Assembly: GCA_023231475.1 (NCBI GenBank)
Contig: JALJEE010000646.1
Span: 1 to 62,812 of the forward strand
Origin: Seison nebaliae
Taxonomy: Eukaryota
Reading direction: 5' to 3'
Length of the DNA: 62,812 bases
Positions 39,801 through 54,431 of the stretch are shown in pieces. The number at the start of each line of letters is the position of its first letter. Position 1 is the stretch's first letter. The position numbers were made by a program, and so were the translations under genes. Under the pieces are notes generated by a model. That model worked only from the letters and a program-made list of their open reading frames with translations. It was not told the DNA's origin and did no database searches.

Positions 39801-42800
39801 TTTTCAACGTATCGGAATCAAAATTCCATCATCTGCATCAGATTTATTAAAGAAAAAAGTCCAATTACGTGAATGGTGCGATCGATTGAATATAATTTTG
39901 AAAGAGTATATGGACCTAAAGAAGAAGATTCCATCATCATTCGAATTGATTTTATTGAATCGAATGAGTGATTTGGAGATGGCAATTCAACCTGGAATTT
40001 TTACCATCAATTGGTTATCATTTCAAATTGATTCATTCATTGAATCGATTGAGAATGAATTAGAGAAATTTCGATTATTAATGAACCGTACAAATGAATT
40101 AATTAAATTTCGAATTGAGAAAGTTTTGAAAGATATTGGGGAAATTCAATTGGTTCATTTACCGGAAAAGAGTTCGATGACTATCGATCAATTTCAACGG
40201 AATACGGAAAGGGATTGTGAGAATGGAGTGAGATTACTTTCCGCCAAATCCCAGATGATAGAGAATGCGGCAATCGAATTATTGAAAATGATTTATATAA
40301 ATGAGAATATGGAAACGGAAAATGAAGAAATTTATATCGACAATGACGATGAGAAAAATAATGGATCGAGTAATAATGGATCACAAAAAACTTTGAAGAA
40401 AATGGATGCTAATGAAAAAAAGAGAATTGAAGAATTGGAATTATTGAATCAGAATGCACATGATTTAATTCATCATTTCAATAATCGAACAGTTGACGCC
40501 ATCGTTCGATTAGTTCGTTCGACATTGGAGAGTATAAGAAAACGAGTGATGCAATCATCATCTCATCTCCAATACGCTTCCGCCAACGAGAAATCACCAA
40601 CATTCTCCCAATTATTTCGTTGTGAAGCAAATTTGTATCATTCAAATATCGTCATGGAACCTAATATTGATGATCTTCAAACCGGATTTAATTTAGCAAT
40701 CACAGAAATTACAAATCTTGGTAAACATATTATGAGATGGAGGAAACATTTAGAAATTGATTTATTGAAGAAACGAACATCTGTTTTATCATCATCAGCT
40801 ACAGGAGTGACGAATAATTCAAATGAGAATGATCGAACGGAAACGCCTTCTCCTAATTATCATGGCAATGATGGAACATGTTTCAAAATGATTAGTGAAC
40901 ATAAAGATGTGACAAAATTAGTGTCGATTATGAATACTTGTATCGTATCGTTGAAGAAAGAGATCAATCAATCACTTGATCAAATGAATTCATATGAATA
41001 TCTTTGGAAAGATGATAAGAAAGAAGAATTGGAAAAATTCTTAGAAACTCAACCACATGTGGCAGATTATTCGGCGAAATTGAAAGAATATGATGAATTG
41101 AAACAATCGATAGAGAATGAAAATGATTTCATAACAACTGGATGTATAGCGATTTATTTGACTCGATTCAAATTATCATTATACAACGAAATTGGTCGTT
41201 GGAGAACGACATATTCAAATCAATTAGAAGAAGTCGAATCGGCCAATATGAATGAAATTTTCAATTTCATTGAAGATCTTGAGAAGAAATTGCAGAGACA
41301 ATTGAATGATTTGGATGATATCCGATTAACTATGTCGGCATTGAGTGATTTACGTGAAAATGAAGTTCGTTTTGAAATGAATATCGGTCCAATCGAAGAA
41401 ACATATAATATGCTCCAGAAAGATTCGTCAATTGCACCTCCAAAAGACGAATTGGAGAAATGTGATGTATTGAGATATTCGTGGGAGAAAGTTTGTTCGT
41501 TGGCACAAGAAGTTTCCAATGAATTAACAGCGATTCAAGCGCCATTTCAAGAGCAGTTGGTGGGAAATGTGAAACAATTTAAAATTGATTGTTTCGAATT
41601 TTATGAAGAATATCGAGATAGGGGTCCAAATGTCGTCGGTATTGCACCGAGAGAAGCGTCTGATCGTTTGAGTATTTACCAGAATATTTTCGATCAATTA
41701 TATCGACGATATGTAACGAATAATGGTGGTGAGATACTTTTTGGCTTACCAGTAACACCATATCCCGAATTATTACAAATAAAGAAAGAATTGAATCTTC
41801 TCCATAAACTTTATTCACTTTACGATAAAGTGTTAGATACGGTGAAAGAATATTATGAATTGTTATGGATCGATGTTGATATTGGGAAAATCAATGGGGA
41901 ATTATTAGAATTTCAAAATAAGTTCGATTTTATTTATAAAATTAAATTTACAGAATTTTTATGATTTTATTAGATGTCGTCGATTACCGAAAGGATTGAA
42001 GGATTGGCCAGCGTATACAGATTTGAAGAAATGTATCGATGATTTCAGTGAGAGTTGTCCCCTTTTGGAATTGATGACTGATAAAGCGATGAAAAAACGA
42101 CATTGGCAACGAATTTCCGATTTGACGAAACATCAATTCGATTTAGATAGTGATGATTTCAAATTGAAGAACATCATGGAAGCGCCGTTACTGATCAATA
42201 AAGATGATATCGAAGATATTTGTATATCCGCTGTGAAAGAGAAAGATATCGAAGCGAAAATGAAAATGATAACAAGCGATTGGAATAATCAGGAATTCCA
42301 ATTTATCACTTTCAAAAATCGAGGGGAATTATTGTTGAAAGGTGATCGAGTTCAAGAAATTATTGCGATGCTCGAAGATTCTCTAATGATGTTATCCGGT
42401 TTATTATCGAACCGATATAACACACCATTTCGAAAGAATATTCAATTGTGGGTGAAAAATTTGACGGATACGAATGAAATTATTGAGAGTTGGATGCAAG
42501 TCCAAAATTTGTGGTTATATTTAGAAGCGGTTTTCGTCGGAGGTGATATTGCTAAACAATTACCGAAAGAAGCGAAACGTTTCTCTAATATCGATAAGAG
42601 TTGGATGAAATTAATGACACGTGCACATGAAACGACCAATGTCGTTCAATGTTGTGTTGGCGATGACACTTTACATCAACTCCTTCCACATCTTCTAGAA
42701 CAATTGGAACTATGTCAGAAATCATTAACTGGATATTTAGAGAAGAAACGATTATTATTTCCACGATTCTTTTTCGTTTCCGATCCAGCTCTATTGGAGA

Positions 42801-45800
42801 TATTGGGACAAGCATCAGATCCACATACAATTCAATCTCATCTTTTATCAGTTTTCGATAATACGAAAAGTGTCTCGTTTCATGAGAAAGATTATGAGAA
42901 GATTCTTTCAATTCATTCAGCTGAAGGTGAGACAATCGAATTAGAGAAATTCGTTCGAGCTGAAGGTAATGTTGAAGTTTGGCTTCAAATGTTGTTGCAA
43001 ATGTCACAACGTTCAGTTCACGCTGTCATTCGAACAGCATATATGGCCATTTCTGATACCAGTAATTTCAATTTATTAGAATTTCTAGCAACTTATCCAG
43101 CACAAGTTGGTCTGTTAGGTATCCAGTTAATATGGACGAGAGATGCCACCGAAGCTCTCTCCAACACTCGATTCGATAAAAAGATTATGAGTCAAACAAA
43201 TCAATCGTTTCTCGAATTACTCAATCTTCTCATTTCTCAAACAACGAAAGACTTGACGAAAATGGAACGAACAAAATTCGAAACTTTAGTCACAATTCAT
43301 GTCCATCAACGAGATATTTTTGATGATATTTGTAAAATGCATGTGAAGTCGCCGTTAGATTTCGAATGGTTGAAACAAACCAGATTCTATTTCCAGGAAG
43401 ATGTCGATAAATTAATCATTCAAATTTGTGATGTCGATTTTCAATATCAGAATGAATTTCTTGGTTGTACTGAACGTCTGGTAATTACACCACTAACTGA
43501 TCGATGCTATATAACTTTAGCTCAAGCTCTTCATATGTCGATGGGTGGAGCACCAGCGGGACCGGCAGGAACTGGTAAAACTGAAACAGTGAAGGATATG
43601 GGACGGTGTTTGGGAAAATATGTTGTTGTGTTCAATTGTTCGGATCAAATGGATTTCCGAGGATTGGGTCGTATTTATAAGGGTTTGGCTCAATCCGGTT
43701 CTTGGGGTTGTTTCGATGAATTTAATCGTATTGATCTTCCCGTTCTATCAGTGGCCGCACAACAAATCGCCATAGTATTATCGGCAAAGAAGGAAAGAAA
43801 AAAACAATTTATATTTACCGATGGTGATAATGTTGAATTGAATCCGGAGTTTGGTCTATTTCTCACCATGAATCCCGGTTATGCCGGTCGTCAAGAATTA
43901 CCAGAAAATTTGAAAATTAATTTCCGTACCGTCGCTATGATGGTTCCTGATCGTCAAATTATTATTCGTGTCAAATTGGCATCGGTTGGATTTATTAATA
44001 ACATAGTTCTAGCTCGAAAATTTTTCGTACTTTATAAATTGTGTGAAGAGCAATTGAGTAAACAAGTTCATTATGATTTCGGGTTGAGAAATATTCTCTC
44101 AGTTCTGAGAACTTTGGGCTCAGTAAAACGATCTAGTCCGTCCGATACGGAAGAAACGATAGTGATGAGAGTATTAAGAGATATGAATCTATCGAAATTA
44201 ATCGATGAAGACGAACCATTATTTTCGTCGTTGATCAATGATCTTTTTCCTGGAATTCAATTAGATAAAGCTGGTTATCCTGAATTGGAATCCGCCATCG
44301 AAGAAGAAGTGAGAAATGAAAATTTAGTTTGTCATCAACCTTGGCTTTTGAAACTAATTCAATTATATGAAACTCAACGTGTTCGTCATGGAATGATGAC
44401 ATTGGGTCCTGCGGGCGCTGGTAAAACTTGTTGTATTCATTTATTAATGAAAGCGATGAGTCGAATTGGACATCCTCATAAAGAAATGAGAATGAATCCA
44501 AAAGCCATAACTGCACCACAAATGTTCGGTAGATTAGATGTAGCTACGAATGATTGGACTGATGGAATTTTCTCCACACTCTGGCGAAGAACTTTGAAGA
44601 CGAAGAAAGGTGAAAGTGTTTGGTTAGTGTTGGACGGTCCAGTTGATGCTATTTGGATTGAGAATCTCAATTCCGTATTGGATGATAATAAAACATTGAC
44701 ATTAGCGAACGGTGATCGTATTCCAATGGCAGCGAATTGTAAAATCATATTTGAAGTACATAACATCGATAATGCATCACCAGCAACGGTTTCAAGAAAC
44801 GGTATGGTTTTCATGTCGTCGTCAATAATGGATTGGGAGCCGATGGTCATCGGATGGTTACAACAGGAACGAAACCAAATGGAATATGATGTTCTTCTAC
44901 AATGTTTCTCTACTTCCTTTAATTCCGTTTATAGATTTGGTACGGAATCGTTAGTGATGAAAATGGACGTATTGGAATGTATGATAGTACAACAAGCATG
45001 TAATCTTTTATCATCTCTCTTACCATCATCAGATGATAAAGATCACGCATTTGAGAAAGATCACTTGAAACGATTATATGTTTTCGTATTGATGTGGAGT
45101 ATCGGTGGATTGTTGGAATTGGATGATCGGTCGAAATTGGAAACATTTATGGCATCAACTGAATTAAATCTTCCTTTACCTAACACTTCCAATGATGATA
45201 CGATGTTTGAATATTTTGTGGATTCTTCTGACGGTCAATGGCATCATTGGAATACGAAAGTTCAAGAATACCATTATCCTACTGATCATATACCGGAATT
45301 TTCGTCCATTCTCGTTCCGAATGTAGATAATGTTAGAACAACTTTTCTTGTTTCATCTCTCGCTAAACGAGGGAAGGCCGTTCTCTTAACCGGCGAACAA
45401 GGAACAGCGAAAACTGTAATTCTTAAAAATTATATGACTCAATTGAACGCCGATATTTTTGTGAATAAATCCGTAAATTTCTCATCGGCAACTACTCCAA
45501 ATATGTATCAACGAATGATTGAGTCGTTTGTGGAAAAACGTGTGGGAACAACATATGGTCCACCCACAGGAAAAAAGATGATTGTCTTTATTGATGATGT
45601 TAACATGCCATTCATAAATGAATGGGGAGATCAGATTACTAACGAGATCGTTCGTCAATTGATGGAGAATGATGGTTTTTATTCGTTAGAGAAACCTGGT
45701 GAATTTACATCAATTGTTGATGTACAATATTTGGCTGCTATGATGCAACCAGGCGGTGGTCGAAATGATATTCCTCAACGATTGAAACGTAAATTTGGTA

Positions 45801-48800
45801 TTATCAATTGTACATTACCATCCAATATTAGTATGGATAAAATATTTGGGGTAATCGCTCGTGGTCATTATTGTAAGGAAAGAGGTTTCAATGATGAAGT
45901 GCAAAATATGGTGAATGAATTAGTTCCAGTTACTCGTCGATTGTGGCAATTGACTAAGACGAAGATGTTACCTACACCAGCTAAATTTCATTATGTATTC
46001 AATCTTCGTGATCTCTCACGAATATGGCAAGGTATTATAAATACCATCTCTTCTGTCATATCGTCGAAAGAAATACTAATTTCGCTTTGGAAACATGAAA
46101 TGACGAGAACAATCGCTGACCGTTTCGTCAATAATGATGATTGTATGTGGTTCGAACGAACATTACGTCGATGTGTTGAAGAAGAATTGAAAGATCCGAC
46201 ATATGTCAGTTTAGTTGAAAACGATCGATATTTCGTCGATTTTCTAAGAGATGCTCCTGAAGCTACTGGTGAAGAAACGGAAGAAGATGATTCTTTATTC
46301 GATGCTCCAAAAATTTATGAACCGATCGATTCTTTCCAACAATTAGAACAACGTCTGTTAATGTTCATGCAACAAAATAATGAAGCAGTTCGTGGATCAG
46401 GATTAGATCTCGTATTCTTTTCAGACGCAGTAAAACATCTCATAAAAATTTCAAGAATCATTCGCACCCCACAAGGTTCGGCCTTATTAGTCGGTGTTGG
46501 TGGTAGTGGAAAACAATCGTTGACGAAATTGGCATCATTTATTGCCGGTTATCAATCCTTCCAAATCACTCTAACCAAATCATATAACGCCACAAACTTA
46601 GCAGAGGATTTGAAAAATCTTTTCCGTATTGCAGGTCTCCAAGGTCAGGGAGTAAGTTTCATCTTTACCGATAACGATATAAAAGATGAGAATTTTTTGG
46701 AATATATCAATAATTTATTAGCATCAGGTTTCGTCGCCGGTTTATTCGCTCGCGATGAAATAGATGAAATAACTCAAGAATTAATTCCAATTATGAAGAA
46801 ACAATTTCCACGTCGACCACCAACAAATGAGAATCTCATGGATTATTTCCTCAGTAGAGCCAGACATAATTTACATATGGTACTTTGTTTCTCTCCAATC
46901 GGCGAGAAATTTAGATCAAGAGCGTTAAAATTTTCAGCACTAATTTCCGGTTGTACAATGGATTGGTTCCAACGATGGCCCAAACAAGCTTTAGTTGCGG
47001 TAGCTGATCATTTCCTTAAAGATTTCCGAATGATTTGTACACCAGAAACGAAGAAACAAGTCATCGAATGTATGGGTACGATGCAAGATGATGTGGCGGA
47101 GAAATGTACCGATTATTTCCAAAAATATCGCCGAACCGCTCATGTTACTCCCAAATCATATTTATCTTTCATTATCGGTTACAAAAACATATATACGGGA
47201 AAGAAAGAAGAAATAGAAGAACGGATGAATAAAATGATTGTCGGTTTGGAGAAATTGGTAGAAGCTTCTGTTTCCGTCGAACAATTATCGAAAGAATTAG
47301 TAGTAAAAGAAAATGAATTGGAAATTGCTAAACAGAAATCTGATGCCGTTCTTCAAGAAGTCAATAAGAAGAAGGAAGCAGCAGAAGTAATAAAATCTGA
47401 AGTGTTAGTAGTTAAGAATCGAGCACAAGGAATTGTCGACGAAATAGCGAAAGATGAAGAACTCGCCATGACGAAATTAGAAGCCGCCATACCGGACTTA
47501 GAGGAAGCCGAAGCGGCTTTAAATACGATTAAAGGCTCCGATATTGCCACATTACGAAGATTGGGAAAACCACCACATTTAATTATGAGAATTTTGGATT
47601 GCGTCTTAATTTTATTTAAATCTCCGCTAGAAAAACCGATTAATCTCGATCCCGAACGGCCTTGCATCAAACCCAGTTGGGACGAATCACTGAAAGTTTC
47701 ACATTTAAATAAATTAAAATTTTTTAAATATCTTTCTATTTCTCCCCCCAGATTATGGCACAAACGGGTTTTCTACAAGTTCTATTAGATTTCCAGAAAG
47801 ATACAATCAACGGTGAAACTGTAGAATTGATGCAACCGTACTTAGAAATGGAAGATTATAATTTTGAACAGGCAAAAAAAGTTTGCGGAAATGTGGCTGG
47901 TCTACTTAGTTGGACGATCGCCATGACGAAATTCTTTACTGTTAATCGAGGAGTACTTCCATTGAAAGCGAATCTTATCGTGCAAAAAGCTAAAGCGGCA
48001 GTTGCAAATGGAGATTTGATGAAAGCTCAACAGAATTTGGATGAGAAACAAGCTGAATTAGATAAAGCACAAGCAGAATTAGACGAAGCAATGAATGGAA
48101 AACAACGACTGATGGATGAAGCGGCCACATGTCAACGAAAGATGGAAGCCGCCGAAACATTGATCGACGGTTTAGGTGACGAAAAAATTCGTTGGACTCA
48201 AATGAGTAAAGAATATCGGGAACAAATCGGAAGATTGGCTGGCGACGTTCTCTTATGTACTGGGTTCCTTTCTTATTTTGGTCCATTCAATCAGGAATAT
48301 CGACACATTCTCCGCCAATCATGGAACAAGGATTTAAAACAAAGAAAAATTCCTTTGTCTCCTGATTTGAATGTTGTTGGGATGTTGGTCGAATCAACAA
48401 CAGTTAAATTTCTAAATTTTCATGTTAATAATTTTTTTTTGAAATTTTTCAGATTGGAGAATGGAATATTCAAGGCCTACCAAACGATGATTTAAGTACT
48501 CAAAACGGAATAATTGTCACTAAAGCTGCTCGATTTCCTCTTCTTATCGATCCACAAGGACAAGGAAAGAATTGGATAAAGAATCGAGAATCTCAGAATG
48601 ATCTCCAAGTTCCTCGAAATTAATATTTTCTACTAATAATTTTCGTGTAGATCACCAGTCTCAATCATAAATACTTTCGGCAACATCTCGAAGACGCACT
48701 TTCTCTAGGACGACCGTTATTGATCGAAGATGTTGGGGAAGAATTAGATCCAACATTAGATAATGTTCTCGATCGAAACTTCATAAAATCTGGTAGTTCC

Positions 48801-51800
48801 TTCAAAGTTTATTTTCTTTTTTTAAAATTTTTTTATGAATATGTTTCCAGGTAAAATTGAGCGATAAAGAAGTTGATGTTTTAACCGGATTCTCTTTGTA
48901 TATTACGACGAAAATGGCAAATCCAAATTACACACCTGAAGTAAGTGCTAGATGTTCAATAATCAACTTTACGGTCACAATGAAAGGATTGGAAGATCAG
49001 TTACTCGGTCGAGTTATATTGACGGAAAGGAAGGTGAATAAACTTTTATTTATTTTCATTCATTTTTTTTCTTCTTATCATTCGAAGGAATTGGAGAATG
49101 AACGTGTAAGATTAGTACAAGATGTAACGAAAAATCAAAAGAAGACGAAAGAGTTGGAAGAGAATTTATTATTTCGTTTAACTTCCGTCCAAGTTAGAGA
49201 AGTGTATTTATATCTCATTATCATCTATTCATTTAACAGGGTTCTTTGGTGGATGATGAAGATTTGATCGTTGTCTTAAAAGTAACGAAAACGACATCGA
49301 AAGATGTTAAAGAGAAATTGAAGATAGCGGAAGATACTGAAATTAAAATAGTAGAAGCGCGTGAAGAATATCGTCCGGTTGCTGCTCGAGGAAGTATTTT
49401 ATATTTCCTGATTGTTGAAATGAGTCTCGTCAATACGATGTATCAAACATCATTGAAACAATTCCTAAATATTTTTGATACTTGTCTTGAAAAGTCTCTT
49501 TTTCAATTTAATTTTTTTTAAAATTGATTTAAATTTTTTCAAATTTTTAGATCACAAAAATCACCATTAACATCGAAACGGATACAGAATATTATCGAAT
49601 ATATGACATATGAAGTCTTCAAATATGCCTATCGCGGATATTATGAAGAACATAAATTTATGTTTACACTTCTATTGACATTGAAAGTGGATTTGCATTC
49701 ACATAATATTCGTCATGAAGAATTTGAGACATTGATCAAAGGTTCATTTTTTTCATGATTCTTGACAATAATTCAAACAATTATTATCAGGTGGAGCATC
49801 TCTAGATTTGAATACGGTGAAACCGAAACCTGCAAAATGGATTTTAGACATGACGTGGTTGAATTTAGTTGAGTTGAATAAACTTCATCAGTTCAGTGGA
49901 ATTATTGATCAAATTGAACGGAACGATAAACAATGGAAACAATGGTTCGATAAGGAAGCCCCAGAAGATGAAATTATTCCTGACGGTTATCATTCAAGTC
50001 TTGATAAATTCCGTCGGTTACTTTTAATTCGATCGTGGTGTCCCGATCGAACAATGTCTCAAGCGAAACGATATGTCGAAAGTTCCATCGGTTCGAAGTT
50101 TGTTGAAGGTGTCATTTTGGATTTGGAGAAGATGTGGGAGGAATCGAATAATCGTACCCCGATGATCTGTTTTTTATCGATGGGTTCCGATCCGACGACT
50201 AATATTGAAAGTTTAGCGAAAAAAAAAGGATTCGACTGTCGTTCCATTTCAATGGGACAAGGTCAAGAGATACATGCCAGAAGATTATTACAGAATGCCA
50301 TGAGTGGTGAGGGTGGATGGGTCTTATTTCAAAATTGTCATTTATCTCTTGATTTCTGTGAGGAATTGATTGATCAATTAACAGAAACGGAAAATATATC
50401 AGATGAATGTCGTGTATGGATTACGACAGAGCCTCATCCAAGATTTCCAATTACTCTTTTACAGACTTCTATCAAATATACGGCAGAATCACCCCAAGGA
50501 ATCAAAGCCAGTCTACGTCGTTCATATATAGGAATTACACAGGATTTTTTGGAAATTTCAAATTTACATCAATGGAGACCGATGTTGTACGCGTTGTCTT
50601 ATCTCCATATGAGTGTACAGGAACGAAGGAAATTCGGACCGTTAGGATGGAATATTCCTTATGAGTTCAATCAAGCTGATTTCAATGCAAGTGTTCAATT
50701 TATTCAGAATCATCTCGATGATTTGGATCCTAAGAAAGGTGTTTCTTGGACAACGGTACGATATATGATCGGAGAAGTTCAATATGGTGGACGTGTGACT
50801 GATGATTATGATAAACGGTTATTAAACACTTTATGTAAGGTGTGGTTTGGGGAACATATGTTTGCCAACACATTCACATTCTATAAAGAATACACAATAC
50901 CACAATGTAAACGAGTTGATGATTATTTAACGGCTATCGCTAAATTACCAACAAATGATACACCTCAAGCATTCGGTTTACATTCGAATGCTGATATTAC
51001 TTATTCGTCGAATACTGCGAAAAAAATTCTTGATACTATTCTTTCCGTTCAACCGAAAGATTCCACTGGTACCAAAGGTGAAACGAGAGAATCAGTCGTT
51101 TATCATCGATCAACAGATATGTTGAATAAATTACCAGATGATTATTTGAAACATGAAGTAAAAGCACGTCTCCAAATCTTGGGTGCTTTACAACCCATGA
51201 ATATTTTTCTACGACAAGAAATCGATCGAATGCAACGAGTTATTTCGTTAGTTCGTCGAACATTAACCGATCTCAAATTAGCCATCGATGGCACCATAGT
51301 AATGAATGAAGATCTACGAAATAGTCTCGACGCTTTATATGATGGAAAAATTCCTGTCAATTGGACTAAATGTTCTTGGGAGTCAACCACTTTAGGTTTC
51401 TGGTTCTCCGAATTAATTAATAGAAATGAACAATTCAATCGATGGTGTTTTAAGGGACGACCTCATTGTTTTTGGATGACCGGTTTTTTCAATCCACAAG
51501 GTTTCCTTACTGCCATGAGACAGGAAGTAACACGAAACAATAAAGGTTGGGCGTTAGATCAAGTCGTCCTTGCAAATGATATGACAAAAACAATGAAAGA
51601 TGATATCGATCAATCTCCACAACAAGGTGTTTATGTATATGGACTATTCTTGGAAGGAGCGGGTTGGGATAAGAAAGGCTCAAAATTAATCGAACCACGA
51701 GCTAAAGTTCTATTTGAACAGATTCCAGTTATCCATCTCTATGCCATTAATGTCACTCTTGGAACGGTGGATAATCAACGAATGTATTCCTGTCCGATTT

Positions 51801-51916
51801 ATAAGAAACCTCAACGAACCGATTTGACATATATCGCTGCCGTTAATTTGAAAACTAATCAACCACAAGATCATTGGATTAAACGAGGAGTTGCTCTCCT
51901 GTGTGATATCAAATAG
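36873..51916 (+). CDS. DNAH5: Axonemal outer-arm dynein heavy chain, DNAH5/DNAH8 (gamma-type) class; complete, 15 exons
   Basis: P-loops [24 protein letters not shown] (class signature) and [17 protein letters not shown]-terminus [15 protein letters not shown]-terminus [23 protein letters not shown] resembles DNAH5. Introns: 36924-37412, 37548-37592, 37767-37817, 38457-38515, 38738-38829, 41922-41973, 47696-47751, 48403-48452, 48609-48650, 48807-48850, 49034-49087, 49193-49239, 49494-49550, 49742-49790. Confidence 0.95.
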
Positions 51917-52909
51917 AGAAAATATCATGGATTTTATGAGAAAGAAAATTGAAAAATTTTTTTGCATGAAACTCATTTAAAATTTAATTTCCATTTTTTC
52001 TTTCTGATTAAAATTCCTTCGATTATCTTATATTTAGAATTGAAAATAGAAATTTAACTAAATTACTTCAATTTTTTTTATTTGTTTATCTTTTTATTAT
52101 TTAGACAGACAACAAACATAAATAGAGATAAAATTTCCCTAATATTGAAAACGAAGAAAAAAATTAGAGAAAAATAGATTAGAGAATATAAATGATTTAT
52201 TTGATTGTTGATTGACATCAGTTGAATGATTATAATTTACAAGTACAAATATCTCTGGAATGATCATCATAAAATTTAGCTTATAGTATTAATAAAATGA
52301 GACAGGTGCAAAGTGTTAGATAATACGAGGGAATTTGAGCACGACTGGGCACTCTTCATACGATTTATTCGACGTTAACTGATTCGTTTCAAATCATTGA
52401 ACAAACAATAAAATTAACATCACAAACAAGATGAACATTCCTCTCATGTCAGCCAATTATCGATATCTAAATGACGGAAGAAATTTCCGAACTAAAACTA
52501 TGATCAACAAGATCTCAACAAGATTTTCTAAATTTATTATTATAAAGTTGACGAATGTTCATAATTTTGAAGAAGTGAAATGAATTGACCGATAGAATAA
52601 GTTAATAGCTGTTTTTATTATGAATAAGGAGAAATAGGTTAGTAAATGAAAGTGAATGATATTATGATTCGCCAACTGAAGATCGAGTATTTCTGGAAAA
52701 AAAAGTAAAACAGACGAAAATAAAATATGAATTCTTTTCGATTATATGTCGAGCACATGAACTGGATAAAACTCTAAAGTTTACTTAGCCTATGACGTAT
52801 GTGTATGTGAAGATTGGGAGAGAATATTGAAAGGAAAGTGAAGAAATTGAAAATACATTTAAATTTAATTTGATGGAAAGGAATGTTCGATATTACTTCC
52901 AAAAAATGA

Positions 52910-53800
52910 TCACTGAAGAATTTGAAATGGTGAATTACATGGGGGTTGTCTTTCCGTATCGGTATTCTCTCCATTAGTCGTCCGATTATGACGAATACGA
53001 GAAAGTGTTCTAACGAAAAAATATCTAGTGATTGCTTGAATGAAAAAGAAGATTCCCACCAACATCAACAGCCACCAGAGTGCTCGATCTAACATATCTC
53101 CTCGTTCATAATTCCAATATTTTGAACGAATAAATACTCCCCATTTAATCAAGGAGAGACCAAGACCTGCTAGAGCTCCATATCTACCAGCAGCTGTTGG
53201 TACGAGACAAATGCAGAGAAGGAAACCGAACCAATTGAGAACGAAACTGGTAACGAATGTGATGAGGAACATACAATCTGTTCCGATGTTTCTTTCTTCC
53301 ATCGTCGACGAATTAAAAAAGAATGGAAATCGACGTGCTTCACGTGTATGATCTTCGGCTGTTGTTGTTGTTGTATTGTTGGGATATGAAGCTCCAGTAT
53401 ATGGAACATTAATTGCAACTTTATCACCCACTAATGACTCATAAGCTTTCTTATATTTTAATGCTTCCTCATAACTCGGTAATGATTGTTGTTGCTCATC
53501 AGATGGTGCAGCCAATTGTTGTTGTTCTTGTTCTGCATTATATGACGACTCATCATTTAATGAATTTTGTTGTGGTTGTCGTTGTTGTTGTTGTCCTTCG
53601 TCCATCATCGAATATGCAGGAACTTCAATCGATTCTTCAATCGTCGTTGTTGTTGTTGGTGGTGTCGTGGTTGTTTGTTCGACGATAGTGGGCGGTGCAC
53701 GATCATAAGTACGTTCAATTTCCACTTCATTTACATAGTGATCAATTGGTTCGTGGGAATTGGAGAGAAGCGTTACACTAACACTTTTATTCGACGGCAT
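52910..53800 (-). CDS. NDFIP: NEDD4 family-interacting protein (NDFIP1/2 orthologue), intronless CDS
   Basis: LPSYEEA PY motif and the three-TM block IGTDCMFLITFVTSFVLNWFGFLLCICL..TAAGRYGALAGLGLSLIKW...LWWLLMLVGIFFFIQAITRY. The first ATG is at 53800; the ORF track begins upstream at a GTG. Confidence 0.93.
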   Translation of the reverse strand: MPSNKSVSVTLLSNSHEPIDHYVNEVEIERTYDRAPPTIVEQTTTTPPTTTTTIEESIEVPAYSMMDEGQQQQRQPQQNSLNDESSYNAEQEQQQLAAPSDEQQQSLPSYEEALKYKKAYESLVGDKVAINVPYTGASYPNNTTTTTAEDHTREARRFPFFFNSSTMEERNIGTDCMFLITFVTSFVLNWFGFLLCICLVPTAAGRYGALAGLGLSLIKWGVFIRSKYWNYERGDMLDRALWWLLMLVGIFFFIQAITRYFFVRTLSRIRHNRTTNGENTDTERQPPCNSPFQILQ

Positions 53801-54431
53801 TTGTGTGAGAAATGGAAAAAAAATTCTTCTTGAAAACAAAAGATGCCAATTAGAACACGTCTCGTCACAGTCCACCCGAATGACAAATGAGAAATAAAGA
53901 TAGACTACAAGTTAAGAAAGGAAGAGGAGATGTAAACGAATTTAAATATTCAAATTTGGAAAATTGAATTTGGATTTCTCTTTTCCTCTCAATTCTATTA
54001 ATATGATGGAATGCGGAAGAGAATCAATATTCACACACATACACAAATACACACACGATAACACACACACACACACACACACGCACAAAGATAAGGAAAC
54101 AGAAAGAATGAAGATAAATAGAAGTTATAAAAATTTTATTATAAACAAAATAAATAAACGAGAAAGAATTGGTGTCGAAAACAAATATAATAGAAAGCTC
54201 TCATAAAGAGAAAGAAATATGTTCTCAATAAAAACTTCATTCAATTCGAATCAACCAACAACAACAGTTGTCTTTGGATTCTGTGAAATTTTAGCTTTCA
54301 ACTTGTACTTCTCCCCAACACACACACACACATACACAGAGACGGAAACTCGATCGAGATAGAGACATATTTTGATGACAATAAATGATAGAGATTAATC
54401 CCAATAATGTTCCAACACGATAACCTTGAAG
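53801..54431. promoter_or_regulatory. Candidate bidirectional promoter and 5' UTRs between NDFIP and Par-3, with two (CA)n tracts (~54060-54081, ~54319-54332)
   Basis: Head-to-head start codons ~630 bp apart. Confidence 0.55.

Noticed and set aside
37695..51916. Dynein appearing as separate ORFs (possible pseudogene, split gene or alternative genetic code)
   Set aside because: Every break is explained by a short GT-AG intron that restores the frame and conserved sequence under the standard code.
38208..51976. Antisense and alternate-frame ORFs inside the dynein gene
   Set aside because: Shadow ORFs of a long coding sequence, with no domains.
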